64,000 nt of DNA from Octopus sinensis (lineage: Eukaryota), in the NCBI RefSeq assembly GCF_006345805.1, contig NC_043001.1:54994001-55058000 (forward strand), written 5' to 3'. The notes beneath the pieces were generated by a model, which made no database searches, was not told the origin of the DNA, and saw only the letters and a program-made list of their open reading frames with translations. Shown piece by piece: positions 48,784 through 60,950 of the stretch. Both the position numbers and the translations under genes were made by a program. Numbering within the stretch: the stretch's first letter is position 1; the number at the start of each line of letters is the position of its first letter.

Positions 48784-48986
48784 CTGCAGATTGAAAAAAA
48801 CCAGACATGTTAAGATCTGTAAAAATGTATTTTTACAATAATGATAATTGTGGAGTGATGGAGGGGATAAGATAACAATAGATATTAAATAAGGATTATA
48901 GATTGATGATACATTCTAATTAATCAGTCGAATACTTAACTATTAAACAGAGGTTCCAGTACAGTTTAAGCTAGGATGATTTAAAC

Positions 48987-49306
48987 TAGTGGTTCTCAAC
49001 TGTTTTTTTTATCTATGGAACCCTTTGTTTACTATTTTATTCTAGTGGACTCCATAGTCATTTGTTGTTTAAAAACTAGTTTTAAAGAAACTTCTTTCAA
49101 AATTCCTATTTTGTTTTTCACACATTAACTTGCATAGTTTGAACTATGTAAAACGTTAGAGAAAAAAACTTAGATACTTCTTGCAATACATACATCTACA
49201 TAAAAACTTTTCAAGGACCTTCAAAATACTATGTGGATCTCCAGTTTACTATTTTGCTAGTGTGGACCCCCAAAAATCTTATATGGACCCTAGTTGAGAA
49301 CCACTG
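48987..49306. mobile_element. hAT (Charlie/Buster-type) MITE
   Basis: tagtggttctcaac ... gttgagaaccactg TIRs; 8-bp flanks atttaaac/gtttaagc (degenerate TSD). Confidence 0.8.
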
Positions 49307-49759
49307 GTTTAAGCAAACTAATTAACTAAACAACATACATTAAATTTATATACATTATATACATACATTGCTGATCTAGCAAGCGAGGCCTCATATCAGT
49401 GAGGGGGGGCCGGTGCGCATTGATGCCGTCGAGAGGTAGGCCCCGAAACGACACGCATTCTCTCCTGATGACCCCATACGCTTGCTGGCTTCCGGTATGT
49501 GGAGTTTTTGACTGGTAGCACTTGCATGTGCAAGTTGTTTGCAAGACATCCAGTCTATCTTCTCAGAAGCATGAAGGCTGCTACTGAAATCCCTCAATGT
49601 TACTTATAAGTTCAGTAAGCCACTATTATCTCTTACTAAAAATGAAGTAAGGCAACTAACTTAAATTTGTTAATTTGATTGGTTCTTGTAAAAATTTTGT
49701 ATGTAAACAACAAATATTAAGTTAATTAATTCACTATTGTCTTTAATATTAAGAGTACA

Positions 49760-49980
49760 CAAGGTGGTAAGCTGGTAGAACCATCAGCATGCCAGGCAAA
49801 ATGCTTAGTGGCATTTTGTCCGTCTTTACGTTCTGAGTTCAAATTCCACCAACGTCCACTTTACCTTTCATCCTTTTGGAAAATGATAAAATAAGTACCA
49901 GCTGAGCACTGGGGTTGATTTAATCGACTTACCCCTTCTCCAAAATTGCTGGCCTTGTGCCAAAATTTGAAACCAATATT
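49760..49980 (+). mobile_element. SINE family C, complete
   Basis: aaggtggtaagctggtagaacc...tacgttctgagttcaaattcc...ccaaaatttgaaacc. Confidence 0.85.
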
Positions 49981-50404
49981 AAGACTACACACTCAAGTCA
50001 AAAATCTAAGAAAATCATAAGAATAGAATGGCAACAGCTAAGAACATTAATTGGATGAAATAGTGTGATGAGCTACTGAAGATTATATATAAATGTCCAA
50101 TCTGTTAGAGAACAACAAACAAAAGCAAAAACTACACATTTGGTGCAATTCTTCAGGTGTAAATGAAGTTGAAGAGCCAAGAATATCAAACTTCTAATAT
50201 TGGCATCAAGTGAGAAACTTTAGCCATGTAGAGAAAGAAGCTTTGATTTTAATTTTTGGAAATAATGTTTTGCAAAATGATTCAGGGCCAAGTTTTTTTT
50301 TATTTGTTTGCCTAAGCCCTTCAAAGCAGAGCTCCAGCATGGCTGCAGTACAATGAATTAAACAAGTAAAAGATAAAAGGAGAACTTTTTCAGAGAAAGA
50401 TTAC

Positions 50405-50527
50405 TTTTTCAATCAAATTACTCAAATCTTCAAAAGCTCGTGAGATGTTTTTATCTGTGTCCTCTTGTTTCTTTTGGATAGCTCTTTCTATGCCAATGAT
50501 GCCAGGACGGTGCCGTGGAGAAGTTAC
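50405..50527 (-). CDS. VPS36: VPS36 exon: [41 protein letters not shown]
   Basis: 123 nt, ttttgcag/gtaatc; GI.GIER...TDKNIS.AFEDLS.L motif. Confidence 0.96.
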
Positions 50528-50703
50528 CTGCAAAACAAGTTAATGTTTCTTGTATGAAAATCATTAAATAAATCATAGATATTTCATATTTCATTCCTCT
50601 AATGATTTTACATCCATTTTATATTTTTACATGTCAGATGGAATGTAGGTATTAAAATTTAGTGGAAATAAAGTATTGCTTAAAACAAAGAAAAGAAAAG
50701 AAT

Positions 50704-52006
50704 TCATCATCATCATCATCATCGTTTAGCGTCCGTTTTCCATGCTAGCATGGGTTGGACGGTTCTACTGGGGTCTGTGAAGCCAGAAGGCTTCATCAGG
50801 CCCAGTCAAATCTGGCAGTGTTTCTACGGCTGGATGCCCTTCCTAACGCCAACCACTCCGTGAGTGTAGTGGGTGCTTTTTACGTGCCACCCGCACAGGT
50901 GCCAGACAGAGCTGGCAAACGGCCACGAACGGATGGTGCTTTTTATGTGCCACCGGCACAAGGGCCAGGCGAGGCTGGCAACGGACACGAAACGGGGCGG
51001 TGCTGGCAACGGTCGCGAAACGGAAGGTTCTCTTACATGCCACCGGCACTGGTAACACATCTGCAATTTCCATTCTGATCCTCACTTGCCTCAACGGGTC
51101 TTCACAAGTAGAGTTTCGACATGCCACCGGCACTGGTAACACATCTGCAATTTCCATTGATCGATTTCCATTTCTGATCCTCACTTGCCTCAACGGGTCT
51201 TCATAAGTAGAGTATCGACATGCCACCGGCACTGGTAACACATCTGCAATTTCCATTGATCGATTTCGATTCTGATCCTCACTTGCCTCAACAGGTCTTC
51301 ACAAGTAGAGTTTTGTGTCCCAAGAAGGGAAGGTATGCATACGTAGGCTGGCTCCATCCCAAGTAGAAGGCCACGGGTTATGGACTCACTTGTCCTGCCG
51401 GGTCTTCTCATGCACAGCACACTTCCAGAGGACTCAGTCTCTAGTCATTTCCTCAGTGAGACTTAAAGTTCGAAGGTCGTGCTTCACCACCTCGTCCCAG
51501 GTTTTCCTGGGTCTGCCTCTTCCACAGGTTCCCTCAACCGCTAGGGTGTGGCACTTTTTCACACAACTATCTTCATCCATTCTCGCCACATGACCATACC
51601 AGCGCAATCGTCTCTCTTGCACACCACAACTGATGCTTCTTAGGTCCAGCTTTTCTCTCAAGGTACTTACACTCTGTCGATTATGAACACTGACATTACA
51701 CATCCATCGGAGCATACTGGCTTCATTTCTTGCGAGCTTACGCATATCCTCAGCAGTCACGGCCCATGTTTCACTGCCATGTAGCATGGCTGTTCGTACA
51801 CACGCATCATACAGTCTGCCTTTCACTCTGTGCGAGAGGCCTTTTGTCACCAGCAGGGGTAAGAGCTCTCTGAACTTTGCCCAAGCTATTCTTACTCTAG
51901 CAGTTACACTTTCAGCACACCCGCCCCCGCTGCTGACTTGGTCACCTAGGTAACGGAAACTATCAACTATTTCTAGTTTTTCTCCCTGGAAAGTGGTGGA
52001 TGACAA
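50704..52006 (-). mobile_element. RTE-clade LINE 3' end with a long 3' UTR and (ATG)n tail, young
   Basis: Intact ORF 51434-52006 (FRYLG...AMLHGSETW...RRLRWYGHVARM...GRGRPRKTW); tandem 84-99 bp units in the UTR. Confidence 0.92.
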
Positions 52007-52099
52007 TAGTTAATAAGGTACTGGACAACCAGTCAGTAGCTTAGGATTGTGTACATGATCAAGACTCTTTGAACAACTACTCCACCTAGCTCTATACTA

Positions 52100-52500
52100 C
52101 TGCTGTTTAGCCCTAGGAGAAACATAAACAAGTTGACCTATGATCAAGATAACTCCAGCCCTAACCAACCTGTTATTTTTTCTATGTACAGCATCATATA
52201 AGGTAACTTTTTTCTTTTTAAGACAACAGCTATGATATGATGGTGATTTGGTTGCTATTTCTAGCAAGCAGAGCAACTATGCCATATAGAGGCTTCCTTG
52301 TTGGACCCAAGCAAGTACTGCTAATGGCACAAGTTGGAGTTGGTGCTATTGTTTAGCCCCAAATCAACCCTGGAGAAGACTTGTAGTGAAAACTATCACT
52401 GCATATTTTCAGTTATAATATATCTAGGACTACATTATCCTATGTGTCCTTTCTACTTAAAAATGCTAAGGTGCACCTTAAGAGAGATATGGCTGCTTCA
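52100..52500 (-). repeat. Two copies of repeat family D
   Basis: gttgacctatgatcaag...gatttggttgctatttctagc; gtttagccccaaatcaaccctgg...ctaggactacattatcc. Confidence 0.6.
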
Positions 52501-52679
52501 CTATGGCAACAGCAACAACATCAACAGCAATAATGTGACCTCCAGTCAAATATGACTGAGCATCCAGTATTTATTCATTTAAACATGGATTTTAAACCAC
52601 CACACACACGCACACACACAAACACACTTCTGACTTTCTATTATGCTTTTTAAAAACTGTTCACAGATATATGTTTTGA

Positions 52680-53383
52680 ACAGACAAAACACATCGCTAA
52701 AATTGTCAAGAAGGCTGAGGGTGTCTTGGCATCACTCACCAAATCCTTTGTTAGCTGCTCTCCGACTATCTATCTACGGCTTTATATAGCTATGGTAAGA
52801 CCTCACCTGGAATTTGCATCACCGGTCTGGAACCCCTATCTTGCCCAGGATATCAATCGTCTAGAAGCCGTTCAGCGACGTGCAACCAAAAGAATACCCT
52901 CCATTAGGCATTTGCCATATTCTGAACGCCTTACTTCCCTGGGCATGGACACATTGAAACTCCGACGTCTGGCAGCTGACTTGGCAGACACCCATAAAAT
53001 TATCAACCATCGTACAAACAATAACTTGGAGCACCTTTTCAAACTCCACCCATCTAACACCCATGGACATATTTACAAAGTCAGAAAACAGCACAGCTCC
53101 CATGACTTTAGGAAACATTTTTTCATGCTGAGAGTTGCTGAAGCATGGAACAAACTGCCGGCATCAGTTGTTAGCTGTCGGAGCACTGCATCATTCAAAA
53201 CTTCCATGCTTTCTGAGATTCACCAACACTACACCTGATTTTCTCCCCTCCATACATGTATCTGACTCATGCATTGTTCGCTTTCCAGACATTTGTACAT
53301 TACTGCATATACTCTATATGCACTTTCTGACAAGTTGTGGTGCACCTGAGCACTGTATACAATAATTTCATTATTATTATTAT
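52680..53383 (+). mobile_element. CR1-clade LINE 3' end with an (ATT)n tail
   Basis: ORF 52726-53238: LYIAMVRPHLEFASPVWNP...LEAVQRRATK...RVAEAWNKLP. Confidence 0.92.
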
Positions 53384-53660
53384 AACATCAGAGATTCAGA
53401 CTGTCAATCTTTTTATATATTTTAATTAATTTGTCTTAATCAGACTTTTATTAGAGTTAGGACATTTACAGCAGCAATAAATTTATTCATATAAAAATAT
53501 TTTTTTTGCACCTGATGCATTTAAATAGTCTGCATTTAGAAACATAAGACATTACACTTTTTAAAATTGAAAAGGTTTCATTTTATGAAGAATGAAAATT
53601 TAATTATATGTACAAAGAAATATATTCATACACTTCAAATCTAAACATGTTTAAAATACA

Positions 53661-54025
53661 GGTGTAGGTGTGGCTGTGTGGTAAGAAGTTTGCTTCCCAA
53701 CTACATGGTACTAGGTTCAGTCCCACCTTGGGCAAAAGTTTTCTGCAACAGCTTCAGGCTGACTGAAGCTTGGGAGTGGACTTGATAGATGGAAACTGAA
53801 AGAAGCCAGTTCTGTGTGTGTGTGTGTTTGTCTCCCACCACCACTAGATAACCGGTAGTGGTGTGTTTACATCCCCTGTAAATTAGTGTTACAACAAAAG
53901 TGACTGATAGAATAAGTACCAGGCTTAAGAAAAAAAAGTACTAGTTGTCAATTCATTTGACTAAAAATTCTTCAAGGAGGTGCCCCAGCATGGCTGCAGT
54001 CTAATGACAGAAACAAATAAAAGGT
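53661..54025 (+). mobile_element. SINE family A, CpG-decayed
   Basis: ggtgtaggtgtggctgtgtggtaag...ggttcagtccc...ccagcatggctgcagtc. Confidence 0.85.
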
Positions 54026-54049
54026 ATATATATATATATACTCTCTCTT

Positions 54050-54258
54050 TACTCTCTTTTACTCTTTTACTTGTTTCAGTCATTTGACTGCGGCCATGCT
54101 GGAGCACCGCCTTTAGTCGAGCAAATCGACCCCAGGACTTATTCTTTGTAAGCCCAGTACTTATTCTATCGGTCTCTTTTGCCGAACCGCTAAGTGACGG
54201 GGACGTAAACACACCAGCATCGGTTGTCAAGCAATGTTAGGGGGACAAACACAGACAC

Positions 54259-54301
<43 letters not shown>

Positions 54302-54480
54302 AATATATACATATATACGACAGGCTTCTTTCAATTTCCGTCTACCAAATCCACTCACAAGGCATTGGTCGGCCCGGGGCTATAGCAGAAGACACTTGCC
54401 CAAGATGCCACGCAGTGGGACTGAACCCGGAACCATGTGGTTGGTTAGCAAGCTACTTACCACACAGCCACTCCTGCGCC
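54050..54480 (-). mobile_element. SINE family A, young full-length copy
   Basis: Head ggcgcaggagtggctgtgtggtaag (A box), ggttcagtccc (B box), CORE-like cttgggcaagtgtctt, (CA)/(TA) middle, tail. Confidence 0.92.
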
Positions 54481-54514
54481 TATATATATATATATCTTAT
54501 ATATATATATATAT

Positions 54515-54720
54515 ATCTTATATAAAATCCGTTCTGTCTGTCTGTGTGTCTTCTAGGATCTCAGGCATCCTCCATTCGATTGCGCTCAAATTTGATATGT
54601 AGATACCGACGGTATCGGGCCGTGTATAAGTCTTGAAAGAATTACAAAAATCAATTCCAGGTGAGAATGTGATTGATAAAGCCATTTTTGTCCTACTTTT
54701 CTTCTGTCAACCTGTACATA
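54515..54720 (+). mobile_element. Helitron/Helentron-derived (HINE-like) 5' fragment
   Basis: tcttatataaaatccgttctgtctgtctgtgtgtc...cgattgcgctcaaatttg pattern typical of HINE/DINE-like elements. Confidence 0.45.
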
Positions 54721-55247
54721 ACTGCACCTTTAATTTTTTAATTGTTTTTGTACTGCTTAAAGGCACATTTCTTTCTTGCCAAGCTTACTGTTTAAACCAT
54801 GTTTGTGTTCTCACAGTCAACAGCCTTATCATTACTGGTACTTTAAACTCTTCATATTTGTGTGAATAAAATCGTTTTTCTTTGGAATAGAAAAAACGTC
54901 TATCTTTATTTCTTCTTTTGCTGGTGTCTCAAATTTAGGTTAAATCAGTGTTTCTCAAAGGGGAGGCCTATGGGACGGTCGGACAAGTTGTTTTGAGAAA
55001 ATTTGGTTTAAATGTTTGACAACTCAGCACTGTCCATTGGAGGGGGGTGTTTTGCTCATATATATATTGCTTCATTGCTACTACAACAACAATGAACTTA
55101 ACAGAAGTCATGCAAGTCTAACTTAATTTGATGTTTTCCTGTCAAGATTCTTATTCTGCTATAACTTTATACTCAGATACACAAAGCATCTACTAAAACT
55201 CATTTTAATTTAAAATACAAGAAACATATTTTGGTTATTTCACTTAC

Positions 55248-55322
55248 TGTGATTTGAGAAATTCCCAAAGAAGGTTTCTCAAATTTTCTTTCCTCAAGTT
55301 GTTCTTTGAAATATCTGAAGAA
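55248..55322 (-). CDS. VPS36: VPS36 exon: FFRYFKEQLEERKFEKPSLGISQIT
   Basis: 75 nt, ttttaacag/gtaagt; corresponds to FYRRLSEEMTQRRWE at the end of the GLUE domain. Confidence 0.88.
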
Positions 55323-55629
55323 CTGTTAAAAAAAAACAAAGAGTAATTAACTTATTTTGTATATTAAATAGTTTGGTCTGGAGGAAGGGTTAGCATCAGT
55401 GACATTTATAAACCCACAAGACAGTGATGCCAATGCAGTTGATATTTTCTTATGATAATTGCAAGTCAACAATTGAAGGAAAAATGTAAGCAGATAGAGG
55501 ACTCTAGAGGGCCAACATTTTAGAATGGAAAGATTGGATACAGTGCTAAGTAAGGGACTGGGTAAGATAGATAGATTCAAGACAGGTGATGAGAAGAAGA
55601 GAGAATAGTAAATAGTATCATTGCTTGAT

Positions 55630-56215
55630 AACAGATGCTGGTGTGTTTATGTCTCCGTAACTTAGCAGTTCAGCAAAAAAGACCAATATATTTTATTGGT
55701 TTCTTTTGCTGAACTTTTACTAGGCTTACAAAGAATAAATACTAGGGTTGATTTCTTCTACTAAAACCCTTTAAGGTGGTGCTCCAGTATGGCTGTCATC
55801 AAATGACTGAAACAAGAATAAAAGAATATGGTTCCGGGTTCAGTTCCACTGTTTGGCACCTTGGGCAAGTGTCTTCTACTATAACCTCAGGCCAATCAAA
55901 GCCTTGTGAGTGGATTTGGTAGATGGAAACTGAAGGAAGTCTGTCGTGTGTGTGTGTGTGTGTGTGTGTGTGTACATATATGTATGTATGTATATTATCT
56001 ATATGTGTGTGTGTCTTTGTAGTTGTGTTTGTCCCCCACTGTTGCTTGACAACCTGTGATGGTTTGTTTGTGTCCCCATAACCTAGCAGCTCAGCTAAAG
56101 AGACCAACAGAATAAGTATCAGGCTTAAAAATAAGTACTGGGGTTGATTCATTTGACTAAAAATTCAAGGCAGTGCCCCAGCATGGTCACAGTCTAATGA
56201 ATGAAATAAGTAAAA
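55630..56215 (+). mobile_element. Two tandem SINE family A copies (3' half, then a headless full copy)
   Basis: Two successive ccagc/gtatggc...aatgactgaa tails. Confidence 0.8.
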
Positions 56216-56613
56216 ATATATTTAGTATCAAACACATACAAGTTACACCTACATGCATAAATTTCTTTTATAGTAAACATTCTGTTCATTGATACCAAAA
56301 TGTCATAACAGTGAACCACATAACTGTCACAGCAAACATTATGTTAGATCACTGGCACTAAATTGTCGAGACAGTGAACCATACAGCTATTACATTTGCT
56401 AACATTTAACTATCAAAAATTAAGAGTAGAGTACACAATTACCAATGAGAACATTGACACATTTGAAAGTATAATTCAGCCTATAACCTTTTTCCCTATC
56501 TTCTATGAAACTGAATTAACATAACAGCTATTTATGACAGTCTAGTGTATCTGATAAATTTAATTAATTTATAAAAGCAGTAATAGTAAAGCTTATCTTG
56601 TGTACATAATGAT

Positions 56614-56654
<41 letters not shown>

Positions 56655-56664
56655 TATATATATC

Positions 56665-56890
56665 TTATCATCATCATTGTTTAATATTCATGTTCCATTC
56701 TAGCATGGGTTGGACAGTTTGAAAGATCCAATGGGTCCAAAGACTGTATCATGCTGCAGTCTGCCTTGGCATGGGTTCTACAGCTGGATGCCCTTCCTAA
56801 TGCCAACAACTTTACAGTGTGCATTGGGTACTTTTTTTCATGCCACCGGCACAATTGAGGTCACCATGTAGCTTGCAAGTCACCAAACCC
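56665..56890 (-). mobile_element. RTE 3'-UTR-derived short element
   Basis: tagcatgggttggac...ctacagctggatgcccttcctaatgccaac. Confidence 0.8.
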
Positions 56891-57534
56891 AGGGGGGATG
56901 CTGCATCCATATGTTAGATAGCAATTAAGGTAAGAGGGAAGAGGTTGGGGTGGAGCAGGTTTAGGTTGTAGAAGGGCTACAAGACTATTCACATTTAGCA
57001 GGGAGAGAGAGGAAGAAAGAATTAGAAGTGTCTCCAAGGAGACAGATAGTGGTGATGAGTTATCCAGGTGGTACCTCAGGTAGGAAGAGTAGTAGTGGGT
57101 GGGGAAAATGGGGGGTTGCAAGAGTGTACAGAGGAAGGTAGGCAACATCTGTCTGTAAAGATTGGGAAACAGTTGTGAGAAGTGGAGTACCCAAGTTCGG
57201 GAGGCTATAAGGGATGCTAGCAATAGGGTAGTAATGATATTGTTGACAGGGGAGGGGGTAAAAAAATTCATCCTTTATTCTATCAAAAAATAACAGAGGC
57301 CAATAGCTAATTAATCGTTTTTAAATGGTTAATTAAAATATCTTTTAATAAGTAAAATGAAATAAAATCCAGAAAATATGAATAAAAATCTATTTAAATT
57401 TGAATTTATATTCTATTTAATTACTGCCTAGGACAGGTTTGTAAATATGTTTATGTTGTATGCATTAATCTCTAAAATGTTCTCAGTTTGTTTCTTATTA
57501 ATTCACACAAAGGTGCCACATAAAAAGCATTAAT

Positions 57535-57670
57535 GTGGGTGCAGGTGTCACATGTGGTTGGCATTAAGAAGGGCATCCAGCTGTAGAAACCAAACCAGAA
57601 AAGACTATGGAACAGTTTCTGTCAGGCCAGCATGGGAAACAGATGTTAAATATTGTTGTTGTTGATGATG
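57535..57670 (+). mobile_element. RTE 3'-UTR-derived short element
   Basis: gtggttggcattaagaagggcatccagctgtagaaacc...gttaaatattgttgttgttgatgatg. Confidence 0.7.
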
Positions 57671-57731
57671 AAACTGATATATGAAATTTGAATGGTTTTA
57701 GTAAAAAATTCATTTCTGCATAAAAGTTTAC

Positions 57732-57846
57732 CTCTTTTTCACCGGACTCTCGAAATGAAAATCTGACATATGTAGATGAGCTTTGTGACATGGGACCTGA
57801 CGGTTTGTTTGGAGACGGTTCATGAAGATGGGTCACTATTTTAGCA
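57732..57846 (-). CDS. VPS36: VPS36 exon (GLUE domain): (S)AKIVTHLHEPSPNKPSGPMSQSSSTYVRFSFRESGEKE
   Basis: 115 nt, atttcag/gtaaac; SAKI..HL.P...K..GP...S..Y...SF.E.G pattern. Confidence 0.95.
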
Positions 57847-58275
57847 CTGAAATAGACAATAAGGCAGTTATCACAACAGCAATTACAATAAATAAATAAA
57901 ATATTAGTTTCACTATATTTCCTACACGCTAGGTATTAGGAGATCAGTAACACTGAATTGAACCTGATACAAGTCAGAGACAACTTTTAGTTCTGCACAC
58001 AGTTTCTCTGGTGCTGGTGGCACAACAAAATGTTCCTAGTTCACATTAGTGGTTGGCAATCATAATAGTGTTCAGTTATAAAAAAAAACATACACAACGA
58101 CATCAGTAGTATCAAATGATGAAGGAACATGAAAATGAAGAGACACAGTCCTATTACAGACCTCCCATAGGTTTGTATGTAAGCATTGAAAACTGGATGG
58201 AAAACAATAATGATGATAATGATAACTGTCTAACAGCAGAATTAAAGCCAAAACTTCCATCCTGTATTTAACTGT

Positions 58276-59216
58276 CCCAGGAAAACCTGGGACGAGGTGG
58301 TGAAGCACGACCTTCGAACTTTAGGCCTCACTGAGGAAATGACCAGCGACCGAGACCTTTGGAAATATTCTGTACGTGAGAAGACCAGGCAGGACAAGTG
58401 AGCCCAGCCCACTTATGAATGCCTTTCCTCCCTTGGACACAAAGACCTGTTGAGGCAAGCGAAGTCGATATAGAACCTCATCCGACGACAGACACCCATG
58501 CCAACCCCCCCTGCTTGCAAAGACATGTTGGGGCAAGTGAAATCGAAATTGAAACCGAATTGAACCAGCCAGGATCCCTGGCCTGGTGGTACGTAAAAAG
58601 CACTATCCGACTCGTAGCCGTGGCACGTAAAATACTCCAATGCGACCGTACGACAGGCACCCATGCCAACCCCCTTTGCTTGTGAAGACATGCTGGGGCA
58701 ATCGAAATCGAATTGAACCAGCCAGGATCCCTGGTCTGGTGGTACGTAAAAAGCACTATCCGACTCGTGGCCGTGGAACGTAAAATACTCCAATGCGACC
58801 GTACGACAGGCACCCATGCCAACCCCCTTTGCTTGTGAAGACATGTTGGGGAAATCAAAATCGAAATCGAATTGAACCAGCCAGGATCCCTGGTCTGGTG
58901 GTACGTAAAAAGCACTATCCGACTCGTGGCCGATGCCAGCACCGCCTCGACTGGCTTCCGTGCCGGTGGCACATAAAATACACCAATCCGACCGTGGCTG
59001 TTGCCAGCCTCGCCTGGCACCTGTGCAGGTGGCACGTAAAAAGCACCCACTACACTCACGGAGTGGTTGGCGTTAGGAAGGGCATCCAGCTGTAGAAACA
59101 TTGCCAGATTAGACTGGAGCCTGGTGCAGCCTTCTGGCTTCCCAGAACCCCGGTCGAACCGTCCAACCCATGCTAGCATGGAGAACGGACGTTAAACGAT
59201 GATGATGATGATGATG
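58276..59216 (+). mobile_element. RTE-clade LINE extreme 3' end plus long 3' UTR with ~153-165 bp tandem units and a (GAT)n tail, young
   Basis: ccaggaaaacctgggacgaggtggtgaagcacgaccttcgaac is essentially identical to the reverse complement of 51470-51510. Confidence 0.9.
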
Positions 59217-59457
59217 AAACTCTGAGTTGGTTTCAAGGCATTCTCACTAAATTTGAATTCATACAAAGTCAGAAAATAAATACTTCAAACAAGAGCAGCT
59301 ATATACTAAATATATCTTTTTGTATATATCTGCAAATAGATATCAAATTTTCTAGCTTTGGCTGATTTATACAAAGAGCTAAAACTAGAAACATAGAGAT
59401 CGGCTAAAGCTGATTTAATACACTGGTATAGATCAGAAAATGCTAGAAACATCAACA

Positions 59458-59755
59458 AAGTGGTTCAGTCCCACTGCGTGGCACTTTGGGCACGTGTCTT
59501 CTATTATAGCCTCAGGCCGACCAAAGCCTTGTGAGTAGATTTAGTAGAAAGAAGCCCGTCATATATATGTATGTGTGTGTATATGTTTGTGTCTGTGTTT
59601 GTTCCCTCAACATCGCATAACAACTGATGCTGGTGTTTATGTCCCATAACTTAGCAGTTCAGCAAAAGGGACTGATATAATAAGTACTAGGCTTACGGCA
59701 GTGCTCCAGCATGGCCGCAGTCAAATGACTGAAACAAGTAAAAGAGAGTAAAGTG
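59458..59755 (+). mobile_element. SINE family A, 5'-truncated
   Basis: ggttcagtcccactgcgtggcac...ccagcatggccgcagtcaaatgactgaaac. Confidence 0.88.
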
Positions 59756-59894
59756 CAATGCCTAATCCATAAGCTTCACAGAAAAAGGATATATTAATGA
59801 GAACTTTACAATATACTGTTTTAATTCATTCTACAAAGTAATAGTCTTCAAGCTGCATTAAAAACAATTTAAACCTGCTAACAAACAATAAAAC

Positions 59895-60090
59895 ATCATC
59901 ATTATTTAGCATCCATTTTCTATACTGGCACAGGTTAAACAGTTTTACTGGAACTGGTAAGCTGGAGAGTTGCACCAGGCTCCAGTCTGTTTTGGCTTGG
60001 TTTCTATGGCTGGATGGCCTTCCTAATGCCAACCACTCTACAGAGTGTACCGGGTGCCTTTTACATGTCAATAACATGAGTGCCATGTAA
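59895..60090 (-). mobile_element. RTE 3'-UTR-derived short element
   Basis: ccaggctccagtct...ggatggccttcctaatgccaaccactc. Confidence 0.8.
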
Positions 60091-60619
60091 ATTGGAACTA
60101 AGTTGAAACACTACAAGATATTTTATGCTATTCTATACACTTGCATCGGTTAGCTGATTTCTAAAATATGTATCATTCTAAATATATCAAAAATATGCAG
60201 CACTCTAACTTTATATATTAATCCAACTTCACACAATTGAGATTAGGGGAATCTAGGAATAAAAACATTGATTCAACATGCTATGAATATTTACTGAACC
60301 ATACTACTCATACAAACATTAAAATACAAATACAGATCTATTGTAACAGAATAGATTCATATTGAGAGAGATGATTAGCATTCCCTTTGACAAGATTCTA
60401 TGAGATTATCAATTCCTTAAAATACAAATATATCTAGATCAAACTAGAAATGTTTCAGTTCCATTACTAATGAAACTAATATGATTACTTCTAGGAAACA
60501 GCCTCACTCCATCAAACCTCATAAGACAGGTGTAAAATAATTATCCAACATTCTTACAACAAATTCAAAGCCTTTTAAAACTACCTTTGATTATACATAT
60601 ACTTCAATTGTGCCTCCCC

Positions 60620-60950
60620 TGCTAACTCTTCCTTGTGGAGTTGGCCTTAGGCACCAGACCACACGGAGCACCCAAATTCCATTTCCAAGATCAGTGCAAA
60701 CCCATTTCCTTCCACTGCTCCAACAACTCAAATACCTGGGACACAATCGCCAAGGACCACCAAAAGTGGCAGCTTGTCATCATTGAGGGAATGGACCAAA
60801 TGGAAAATAACAGAAGCAAAGAATGACTTGTACGACACTGTCCTCTGCAAACCCTCCCCCGTGATAAATGCTCCCAGCTCTTCTATACTGTCTTTGGCCT
60901 CAACAGCCACTTCATACACCAGCACACTTTGCACCCATCAGAATGAAGAG
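60620..60950 (+). mobile_element. Old RTE (BovB-like) C-terminal fragment
   Basis: ELALGTRPHGAPKFHFQDQCK...TWDTIAKDHQKWQLVIIEG. Confidence 0.65.

Noticed and set aside
49440-49485. ccccGAAACGAC...CTGATGAcccc as a permuted hammerhead
   Set aside because: Stem II strands (cccc/cccc) cannot pair and there is no NUH triplet in position.
50843-51256. Repetitive ORFs here and at 58413-59179 (233 aa); also considered as CRISPR-like arrays
   Set aside because: They are tandem units in RTE 3' UTRs: long units, no unique spacers, no cas genes, eukaryotic context.
54400-54480. tRNA-like sequences at SINE heads
   Set aside because: A/B boxes are present but there is no complete cloverleaf; they are attached to SINE bodies, so not tRNA genes.
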